A DNA stretch of 63,258 nt, counting the filler, from Octopus bimaculoides (Eukaryota): NCBI RefSeq assembly GCF_001194135.2. It is 6 parts of 5 records of this genome, joined end to end, with 100 filler letters (N's around TTAATTAATTAA, not from the genome) between each part and the next. Parts side by side here need not be neighbours in the genome. Positions count along the whole stretch, not along the records: positions 9,509 to 41,028 come from NC_068983.1; 5 more parts are not named here. One strand, 5' to 3'. A program made the position numbers and the translations under genes. Under the pieces are notes generated by a model, which saw only the letters and a list, made by a program, of their open reading frames with translations, was not told the origin of the DNA and searched no databases. Below are positions 26,555 to 37,077 of this stretch, piece by piece; position 1 is the stretch's first letter; each line of letters opens with the position of its first letter.

Positions 26555-26770
26555 CATCCATTTTCCATACTGGTATGGGTTGGACAGTTTGACCAGAACT
26601 GGCAAGCAAGAGGGCTGCACCAGGTTTCAATATGATTTCGCTTGGTTTCTACAGCTGGATTCTAAACACTTTCCAGAGTATGCTGGGTGCTTTTTACATG
26701 GCACTGACATGGATGCAACAGTATGGGTGCTTTTTTCAAAGGTGCCAGCACAGGGCTCTTGCAAGGCCAA
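26555..26770 (-). mobile_element. SINE family C fragment (CpG-decayed)
   Basis: TTTTCCATACTGGTATGGGTTGGACAG...TTTCTACAGCTGGAT homologous to 29519-29815. Confidence 0.7.
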
Positions 26771-26799
26771 TCCTCTTCAACAGGGAGAATGGCATTAAC

Positions 26800-26832
<33 letters not shown>

Positions 26833-27917
26833 NNNNNNNNNNNNNNNNNNNNNNNNNNNNNNNNNNNNNNNNNNNNNNNNNNNNNNNNNNNNNNNNNNNN
26901 NNNNNNNNNNNNNNNNNNNNNNNNNNNNNNNNNNNNNNNNNNNNNNNNNNNNNNNNNNNNNNNNNNNNNNNNNNNNNNNNNNNNNNNNNNNNNNNNNNNN
27001 NNNNNNNNNNNNNNNNNNNNNNNNNNNNNNNNNNNNNNNNNNNNNNNNNNNNNNNNNNNNNNNNNNNNNNNNNNNNNNNNNNNNNNNNNNNNNNNNNNNN
27101 NNNNNNNNNNNNNNNNNNNNNNNNNNNNNNNNNNNNNNNNNNNNNNNNNNNNNNNNNNNNNNNNNNNNNNNNNNNNNNNNNNNNNNNNNNNNNNNNNNNN
27201 NNNNNNNNNNNNNNNNNNNNNNNNNNNNNNNNNNNNNNNNNNNNNNNNNNNNNNNNNNNNNNNNNNNNNNNNNNNNNNNNNNNNNNNNNNNNNNNNNNNN
27301 NNNNNNNNNNNNNNNNNNNNNNNNNNNNNNNNNNNNNNNNNNNNNNNNNNNNNNNNNNNNNNNNNNNNNNNNNNNNNNNNNNNNNNNNNNNNNNNNNNNN
27401 NNNNNNNNNNNNNNNNNNNNNNNNNNNNNNNNNATATATATATATATATATATATAATATATCTTCTTCTTCCTCCTCACTTACTTAAATTATATTCTTC
27501 TGTCTCTTATTTTTTCTTTCCTTCTTTTTTTCTTCTTTTTGATCTTCTTAACCTTCTCCCTTTCTTCCTCTCCTTGATCTTCATTTCAGTTTCTCTTATC
27601 CTCCATGCTTGATTTTTCTCAAATCGAAGCCTAAATTGACAGTTCAAACTGTTTTCTGTTCCATTAAGACGCCTCCTTCTGAGAAAATTACAACTTGACA
27701 GTACAACACCTTCAAAAATCTTCAAATTACTGGCAACAGACCGCTAATCCCAGTGGAAGCAAAGCTAAAGAATTCTTTGAATCCAAGAACTGACACAGAT
27801 CCTTTAACTAAAGCCAAACAGGTATTCCTTTTGTTTGACTGTCAGCTTCACTCAACTTCATGTTTCCTTTATATTTTTCCTTCTTATTATCCATACTCTG
27901 GCTCTTGTCATTGCTTC

Positions 27918-27949
<32 letters not shown>

Positions 27950-28264
27950 GCTGTTGTTGTTGTTGTTGCTGCTACTGTGTTTGTTGTTGATCATCTCAGT
28001 GTTCTTGCTATAATCCTCTATTTTAACCCATTCAATAGAGATTTCTGTTTGTTTTCTACATACTACTTCCTTCCCCCCTAATCCTTTCTTTCTATAACCT
28101 TTCAGTTACAACTTTCTAAATTCCTTTCAGCATCTTCATCAAGTATATTCATCTTTACTCTTTCACAACAGATTCTCCTGATTTATTCTGGCATCAGTTC
28201 TTTGTCTTTAGGATTATGCTCAATTATGCTTCATTTTTCCATAGCCTTATCACAGTTGCCTCCG

Positions 28265-28364
<100 letters not shown>

Positions 28365-29032
28365 GCTAGTCTGCTTCCCCCCCCCTTCCTGTTTTTCTCT
28401 TTCTGGGGACATATATATTACACAACTCAGTATTAACTTAATAATTCTTATATCACCATATCTCTTTGTTTTCATCATAATCTATCATTGATTTACACCC
28501 TCACACCTTCTCTCTGTCTTTCTCTCTCTCATTCTCACATCCTTTCTTTTTCCCTCTCTCTCCCTTTCTTACATCCTTTTTCTCCCTTTCTCCCTCCCTC
28601 CCTCTTTCTTTCTCCCTATACTGTCACTTTACTCTCACTCGCTCTTTCACTCATTCACTTACTCTCCATATTCCTAACTCCCACTCTCTAAACCCTTCTC
28701 TCGTATTTCATTCATATAACTTTATATTAATCACAGTATCTTCTCCATTTCTTTCAGTTCTTCATTACCAATTTTTCATTCTCACTTTGTCTCTCCCACT
28801 TACACAGACACATATATACATGCTGTCACACACACCCACACGCGCGCGCGCGCGCACACACACATTAAAATATATATATATATAAGTTACATAGAAATTA
28901 TTCATCTTCTGCCTAATTTGACTGCATATCCTTATATACTCATTTCATTCTCTCATTCTCTTTCCTTCTCACACTTTCTCTCTCTCTATCTTTATATCTG
29001 TCTGCCTATCTTCTCTGTCTATCTTTCTTTCT

Positions 29033-29064
<32 letters not shown>

Positions 29065-29065
29065 T

Positions 29066-29097
<32 letters not shown>

Positions 29098-29517
29098 AAT
29101 AAATACGGGTATATCAAATGCCATATCACCCATATTCTCCATGTATCAAAATTATTTCTGCCTCTAAAGGAACACAAAGAGTAGAACACATTTATGTCCT
29201 AAACCACAAATGTGATCTATTCTCTTTTGCATATATCCATGTCCCCTGGCTACTAGAGATAGGGTAGAACAATTATTATACTGATGACATCTATTGAGCA
29301 GAAACATTTGAACTGAACTGTCTTACTTTTAGACAATATGTCTGTCCTATTCTTTAATGGCTTGTCAATTTCAGAGAAGTTTTGTTTTTTTATATCATCT
29401 CATCTTCTCATATAGATCTGTGATAATTGTGACACATTTATATTTGTCTATGTTGTTCATATACATCCCACTGGCCACTCTGAGTTATTTCTCTTAGCTC
29501 ATTTTCATTTGATATAT

Positions 29518-29518
<1 letters not shown>

Positions 29519-29550
<32 letters not shown>

Positions 29551-29815
29551 GTTTAACGTCCGCTTTCCATGCTAACATGGGTTGGACGATTTGACTGAGG
29601 ACTGGTGCAACCGGATGGCTACACCAGGCTCCAATCTAATTTGGCAGAGTTTCTACAGCTGGATGCCCTTTCTAACGCCAACCACTCAGAGAGTGTAGTG
29701 GGTGCTTTTACGTGTCACCCGCACGAAAATGGCCACGCTCGAAATGGTGTCTTTTATGTGCCACCCGCACAAGAGCCAGTCCAGGGGCACTGGCAACGAT
29801 CTCGCTCGAAAACCC
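29519..29815 (-). mobile_element. SINE family C with (GAT)n tail, 3' part
   Basis: (CAT)n-CGTTTAACGTCCGCTTTCCATGC..GGGTTGGACG..TTTCTACAGCTGGATGCCCTT; homologues at 42950, 55137, 59587. Confidence 0.85.
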
Positions 29816-30113
29816 NNNNNNNNNNNNNNNNNNNNNNNNNNNNNNNNNNNNNNNNNNNNNNNNNNNNNNNNNNNNNNNNNNNNNNNNNNNNNNNNNNNNN
29901 NNNNNNNNNNNNNNNNNNNNNNNNNNNNNNNNNNNNNNNNNNNNNNNNNNNNNNNNNNNNNNNNNNNNNNNNNNNNNNNNNNNNNNNNNNNNNNNNNNNN
30001 NNNNNNNNNNNNNNNNNNNNNNNNNNNNNNNNNNNNNNNNNNNNNNNTATATATATATATATTGTTGTACTTGGGGATGGTCATATTGCCAGTTTAGCCA
30101 ATAAATCTTGCAA

Positions 30114-30162
<49 letters not shown>

Positions 30163-30775
30163 ATGTCAAATGACAAGAATGAGTGCTCAATACCGCATTG
30201 GTGTATAAAATTTCTTTATTTGTGTATGAAGGATACCATTGGTTTCATGTTAAGAAAAATATCTTAATATCTTAACGATTTTCAAGTCAATCACATGGAA
30301 GGATGGTGTTTGTTTCTATTCCAGATGAAAAGATTAAAAAGACTCAGAAAAAGTTTCAGGAATTCACAAAAATATATATTGACTGAATCAGTTTCTTATT
30401 ACTCTGAGTCTCACTTGTAGATGCACAAATTCTTCAGGTGAGTTGTTATGACAGTCATAATTTGCTGGAAGAATCTATGCTCCTACAGGTGAATTTCAGA
30501 ATAACAAGAAACTAACTCAACCCAAATAAAATATATTATTAGTCATCACTAGGGCACTGAATACTCTTTTTTCCCAACAGTTAAACACTAAATTGATACA
30601 GTATTATCATCATTTTATGTCCATTTTCCATGCTAGCATGGGTTGGACAGTTTGACAGGAGCTGGCAAACCAGAGAACTGCACCAGGCACCAATTGTCTG
30701 TTTTGACAAGGTTTCTATCTCTCTGTCTTACTAGCTAGCTATATATTTATCTATCTATGCATGTATGTTTGTATG

Positions 30776-30832
<57 letters not shown>

Positions 30833-30859
30833 GTGTGTGTATATACATCTCAGATGTAG

Positions 30860-31495
30860 AAGATGCATAGGAGCCATAAAAACTACAGTTACTTGGGAAA
30901 TGGATTTTCTCAAATGCCTCAGAGACTCATTAGAGGTAGTGGATAATTTCTGCTACCTGGGGGATCAAATTAGTTGTGGGGGATAACACATGGAAAGTAT
31001 AATAACTAGAATAACAATAGGATGGAGAAAATTCAAAGAGCTTTTACCTCTGTTGGCAATCAAAGGTTTCTCTATCTGAGTGAAAGTAAGATTGCATGAT
31101 GCATGTATACGAACAGCAATTCTACATGGTGGTGAGATATGGGCCCTGAATGCAGAGGACATGTGAAGGCTAAAGAGAAATGAGGCTAATATGCCCTGTT
31201 AGATGTGTAACATAAGTGTACTTGTTCTACAGAATGCTCATGTATTCAGAGAGAAATTAGACATAAGAGGAATTAGATACAGTGTGCAAGAGAGAAGACT
31301 GCACTGGTTTGCTTATGTGATGCAGATGGATGCCGACAGCTCCATAAAGAAGTGCTGAATTCGTGGAAGAGGGAGACCCAGGAAGACATGTGTCAAGGTA
31401 CTGAAGGATGACCTCAGGATGCCGAACGTTTCAGACAAGATGAGAAAGGACCAAGATATCTGGTGCCTTGCTGTACTCAAGAAGACCTGTCCTTC
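30860..31495 (+). pseudogene. RTE-clade LINE RT C-terminal fragment
   Basis: LEVVDNFCYLGDQI, RITIGWRKFKELLPLL, AILHGGEIWAL, QERRLHWFAYV, RGRGRPRKT; many stops. Confidence 0.85.
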
Positions 31496-31759
31496 ACAGT
31501 AGAAGTGTTAAGGCTACTCACCCTGGTGAAAAGGATTATTCTGCAAGAGTCTTGTGCAGGTGACACATAAAAAGCACTCAAGTTGGTGCCACATAATAGT
31601 GCTCATACTAGTGCCATGTAAAAAGCACCCAGCATACACTGTAAAGTGGTTGGTATTAGGAAGGGCATCAAGCTGTAGAAACCAAGCCAAATCAGACTGG
31701 TTCTTATTTCATCAACCTCAAATGGAAGAAAAGCAAAGTCAGACTGAATCAAGAAAAAG

Positions 31760-32195
31760 ACACAACATACAAAGTGCAATATTACATGATAGTGAGACAC
31801 GAGCATTAAATATAGATGATATGCAAAGGCTGGAAAGAAATGAAAACACTGGATGTGTAATATTTGTATGCAAGAACAAGGCATAGATGAGTTGAAAGAA
31901 AAAGTGTGTATAAGAGAAATCAGTTTTAGAGGGCAATAGAAAAGATTACACTGGTACAGACACATATATATGAATGATGATATTTGGGTAATGAAGTGCC
32001 AAGAGGTCTTATTGGAAGGAAGCTGTGGAAGAGAAAGTGCAAAAAAATTAATGGGCAGAAGTGGTGAAAGTTAATCTCTGGTTGCTGAACTTCATAGAGA
32101 TAACAAGTGGTGTGAGATGCTTTCTGTGTTGAAGACCTGTTCAACCAATGCAAGCATGGGGAAAAAACAGATGTGAAAAATGACTGACGATGATG
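31760..32195 (+). pseudogene. Second RTE LINE 3' fragment with 3' tail
   Basis: QSAILHDSETRALNIDDMQRLERNE parallels the first fragment; ends GTTCAACCAATGCAAGCATGG...GACGATGATG. Confidence 0.7.
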
Positions 32196-33971
32196 GTGTA
32201 CGTGTGTGTGTGTGTGTGTGTGATTACACACGCACACACAAAAATAGATTCATATAAACCCATGGCTGTTCACTGTCTATTATAGTTTATTATAATCCTT
32301 CTGCATAAACATATACGATATGTTATTTAGTGCTTTATGTCAAGTGTTAAGAAATAAACTAAATAAAGGGATCTAATTCTCACAAAAATAAAATTAGTCT
32401 ATTCCCCCCACACACACACACACATATACACCTACATTCACACATAAACATGTACACCTACACTTACTAACTGAAACTAGTTCTCATGGCTATTGTAGTC
32501 AAAAACAAATCTTTTGAATAAGATTAAAAAAATATTGAAAAAAATTGGTTTCACTTCATAATCTATTCCTTGTTATTTCATTGATTCAGTTTTAAGAATA
32601 TTTTTCTTATATTTTATGATTATCATTCTTTATTTTTCTTACATTTTCCAGAGTATTTTCCCTCCATTTCTTCTTTTCTTTTTTTTTTTTTTTTNNNNNN
32701 NNNNTTTTTTTTTTTTTTGTATTTTATTTTACTGTTAATATTCTAACAAAAATAATTTGAAAAATAATTGCCAAGCTAGATTACAAATGAGTTAACCAAA
32801 TTTTTGACCGACAGCTATTAGCAGTGTAACATCTCAAACATCACAGCTAATTGAACAAGATCACAAATTAATGGAACCACGTCAAAGTTTGAACAATCCA
32901 TCTAGTTTTCAAACAAGCTGACCTTCTATTAGCCTCAAGCCACAAAAATTTTTGGATTGTAAAAGAAAGAAAAAACAGAATCAATAATAAAATGAAATAT
33001 AATAAAGAACACAACCCAGATCTCTAATTACAATATACCAGAGATTTTTGGAGAATTTTGCTTTGCTTTGCTTTTATAATTATTTTATATTGTTATTACT
33101 GTTGTTGCTGTTGTTTTATTTTTCTTATCTCTTTATTAGAGTGAACATCAATAACCAGATAAATTCATCTAACCAAATTAGTGAAATAGATGTTCTGAAT
33201 GGCAGAAAGAAAAGACATATGATTAACTTGGAGTGAAGGGAAGTTGGGTGGAGACTGAGGGAAATCCATGTGATATCTGAAGAAAATATAGAAGAAGAAA
33301 TACACAAAAATTTAGTTTGGGATATAGCACAATAGCTTTGATTTGTAATTCAAGTTTGAAGGAAACTTTAAAATATTCTACCATCAAAGTGATTTCATAC
33401 TTGTGACAAATTCACCAATTTTTAACAGTCCATTAGCTAAAATAGGAAGGCAATTACCTTCAATTCCAAATGATACAACACTCAACTTAGAATCTACAGT
33501 ATACTATGGTACATTTTAGGGTGTATTGTATGTATTGGGTGCAATCATTAAAAACTTATCACTGATGTAAGGAGCACTGGCTTCCAGGTCAGTGGGTTAA
33601 TGCAATAAGCATTTTCAGAATTGTAAATACTGAGTCAGTTTTTAATTGATATTCCAAACCAAATATTATACAAAGCTGAAGACTATCAGTTAAATGATTA
33701 ATCTGTATGGATCAGCACTTTCTAAATGTATGTTGATTTTATTCAGTAAATACAAATTACCTTCACATTCTAGACTTTAGATATCCCTTCTAGTCATATC
33801 AAGGTGTGTGTATATAGACAGGTAGACAGATAAATATAGCAGTGCCAGTGTGTGTGTGTGTGTGTGTAACATCAGATTTTAAGACACGCATCATGCAACT
33901 GTAATAACACAGAAACAACGGATAAAGCTCTGTTATCTTTGATATAAGATAAAACTTATATTTTAAGAGTA

Positions 33972-34007
<36 letters not shown>

Positions 34008-34039
34008 CTTACATATAAGAGACCAAAGTGTATGTACGC

Positions 34040-34095
<56 letters not shown>

Positions 34096-34236
34096 TTAGG
34101 GAAAAAAACCAAGGTTATATTTCATACTGTGAAACTTAATTTAATTTTAATTTTTAATAAATTGAATTTAATTGAGTTTTTACCTGTAAATTTGAATTTT
34201 TATCCCTAATAATATTATTATATATATATAAAGATA

Positions 34237-34529
34237 CAAAATGGGACAAGAACGCAAAACATCCAGACAGTTAGGTGATACAAGAAAGGGACAACAAAAC
34301 ATCCAGATAGACGATACAAAGAAAACAAGGACGGGTCATTCGGAGTTTTCTTTCCTCAGTCAAGTTCCAGATTCAGCCGAAATTGCAAAGATAATCTGGA
34401 ACTCGACTGGGGAAAGAAAACTCCGAATGACACATCCTTGTTTTCTTTGTATCGTCCATCTGGATGTTTTGTTGTCCCTTTCTTGTATCACCTAACTGTC
34501 TGGACATTTTGCATTCTTGTCCCATTTTG
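34237..34529. repeat. Long inverted repeat, 137-bp arms, 19-bp loop
   Basis: Arms 34237-34373 and 34393-34529 are reverse complements with scattered mismatches. Confidence 0.95.
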
Positions 34530-34816
34530 CATTTATATATATATATATATATATATAAAGAAAACACAAATGGCATTTAACATAAACAGTGAGCGGGAAT
34601 GAGAGTTAACCCTCAGTTTTACACAATAGATTGCTTCTGCAATTCACTATACATGTCAAAAGTTTGTAAAGCAAGGTAGGTTTTAATGTTAAAATTCAAG
34701 CATTTATTAAAATGAGATAATAAAAACAATATTCGTGTGTATATATGTAATGTGTACTGTTTAATTTGCTATATATATATATAAATATATGTGTGTCTTC
34801 TTCACTTACCATCAAT

Positions 34817-35001
34817 CAAATGCAATAACTTGGAAACAATGGAAAAACTGTTACTGTGGATAGAAAATAAAACTTATGATAGTATATACTAAACTTATTA
34901 TATGTATATACATATAATAAGTTTAGTATATACTATCATAAGTTTTTATTTTCTATCCAAAATAACAGAGTTTTTCCATTGTTTCCAAGTTATTGCATTT
35001 G
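34817..35001. repeat. Zero-spacer palindrome centred at 34907/34908
   Basis: ...AAACTTATTATATGTA-TA-TACATATAATAAGTTT...; arms about 92 bp with small indels, weakly extendable to about 34795-35035. Confidence 0.92.
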
Positions 35002-35664
35002 CTTGATAATGGTGATGATAGTAAGTGAGAAGGACAAAGGCTGTGCAGGTGATGAAGACAAGATAATGTGAAGATATGTGATGTATACATTTGTATACCT
35101 ACATACATACATACATACATACATACCTAACAGCCTTACCGTTTGTTCTCACTGTTCTGTCTTGTTTTTACTGTCTTATTCTCACTGTCCTGTTCTTGTT
35201 TACACTTTCACCTTCCGCAAAAATTTCCAAATTTTAATTAATTTGCTTGCGGGAAGGACTGCTCCAACGAAGTCATGTATTGTCCTTGCCTTCGAAACGC
35301 GGAGTAGATGGAGCAGGGACAACTGAAGAAGGGTAATATTCTTTATGTTACATGTCTCATTTCTCTGTTTGTGTTTTTCGTTGTTCGAAAAAAGTTCGTT
35401 TTCTGTCTTCGTTTTTGTTTTCGTTTCTCATTGTGTTTAACGTTTTTTGTGATTCCCTGTACCCATATATGTTTGTATGTATACATATAGATGTTGGTAT
35501 GTACATATATGTATGGATATATGCATATAATTATATATTATTTATGTTATTATATATATATGTATATATATATATATGTATATATATATATGTAAGTATG
35601 TAGGGATGTATGTAAGAAATTGGGATGACAAAGGGAATAAACAATTATGTAATGAACTCCATTA

Positions 35665-35743
35665 GCTTACAGCTATTTCTGCTATAAGGTGCAATGCACT
35701 CATAGTTTGGTGCTTGAGTATCACCCTATAGCTTCATCAGAGA
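35665..35743 (-). ncRNA. Type I hammerhead motif, intact core, eroded stem I
   Basis: TCT-CTGATGA-A-GCTATAGGGTG...CACCTTATAGC-A-GAAA-TAGCTG-TA-AGC; 11-bp stem II. Confidence 0.6.
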
Positions 35744-35887
35744 TTCAAGCATTAAGTGCAATTTATTTGGGAAAAAAATTACCACTCTGTACATGACTGG
35801 CACTTCATATTGAAGCATATGTATATGGAGTTTTTACACAGGCTATTGGCATCCCAATGCCTAAGTGAGATATTAAAATATATATAA

Positions 35888-36330
35888 ATATAAACAATAT
35901 CGAACACACATACACAAGGTATGTGTTTTGCGAGTTTGTGAGTTGGACGTGCTTATAGCTGTAAGAGAATATCTTCTCATCAATTCGCCTGGTGTTAAAA
36001 CAAATTAAAGCAAATTAATCTGGTCCCATTCAGGAATGATAGACATCGATGTTTCATCACTTTTGTGACTTATCAATACCACGTACCCAACAAGAGGCCT
36101 GATGTAAGCTAAATCGCTGTCTATGACTATATGTAAAATGGTGTAAGAATCATCTGCTGTTATGTTCCAACATTTCATGCCATAGAAGTTATCTCGCTTG
36201 TCTATAACTTCCATGTGTTTTAACACTAGGTGAATTGATGAGAACATATTCTCCTACGTCTATAAGCGCAACCTACTCGGGAACTAGCAAAACACATGCC
36301 CTGTGTATGTGTGTTCGATATTGCTTATAT
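35888..36330. repeat. Inverted repeat, 115-bp arms (about 80% identity), 213-bp spacer
   Basis: 35888-36002 is the reverse complement of 36216-36330. Confidence 0.85.
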
Positions 36331-36368
36331 CCAGCTGCTTCTAATTCATATTTAAAGTCTGTCATACC

Positions 36369-36408
36369 GGCCATGACGAAGGGAAATAGCCCTGAAACTC
36401 GAGTCGCC
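36369..36408 (+). ncRNA. Compact type I hammerhead motif with a 1-nt core insertion
   Basis: GGC-C(A)TGACGA-AGGG aaatag CCCT-GAAA-CTCGAG-TC-GCC; all three stems pair, GUC triplet. Confidence 0.7.
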
Positions 36409-36923
36409 TTTATATATTTATATTTATATATTTATATATTTGATCCTTTATATTGAACATTCAATACTTTCTTTCATGGTGCCATCCATTTTTATTTTAT
36501 TTTATTTTATATTGTATATTGTATATTATATTATATATTGTATATTCCATATTCTATACCCCACATTAGTTCTGCAGGAATATAAATAAAACATAAAAAA
36601 CAGACAGTGTTGGAACTCTTTTAAACAAAATAATATATTCCTCNNNNNNNNNNNNNNNNNNNNNNNNNNNNNNNNNNNNNNNNNNNNNNNNNNNNNNNNN
36701 NNNNNNNNNNNNNNNNNNNNNNNNNNNNNNNNNNNNNNNNNNNNNNNNNNNNNNNNNNNNNNNNNNNNNNNNNNNNNNNNNNNNNNNNNNNNNNNNNNNN
36801 NNNNNNNNNNNNNNNNNNNNNNNNNNNNNNNNNNNNNNNNNNNNNNNNNNNNNNNNNNNNNNNNNNNNNNNNNNNNNNNNNNNNNNNNNNNNNNNNNNNN
36901 NNNNNNNNNNNNNNNNNNNNNNN

Positions 36924-37077
36924 NATAGGGGTGGCTGTGTGGTAAGTAGCTTGCTTACGAACCACATGGTTCCGGGTTCAGTCCCACTGCGTGGTACCTT
37001 GCGTAAATGTCTTCTACTATAGCCTCGGGCCGACCAAAGCCTTGTCAGTGGATTTGGTAGACGGAAACTGAAAGAAT
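36924..37077 (+). mobile_element. SINE family A head, fused directly to the truncated Penelope-like ORF
   Basis: GTGGCTGTGTGGT A-box, GGTTCAGTCCC B-box; breaks off at GAAAGAA. Confidence 0.85.

Noticed and set aside
26284-26592. 102-aa ORF after a pyrimidine-rich acceptor as a host exon
   Set aside because: No recognisable domain, no good donor, and it runs into a SINE
35285-35335. CCTTCGAAACGCG...CTGAAGAAGG as a type II hammerhead
   Set aside because: No valid UH triplet or stem I/III; probably scrambled Penelope terminus remnants
36924-37000. tRNA genes at SINE heads
   Set aside because: A and B boxes are present but no cloverleaf, and they continue into SINE bodies
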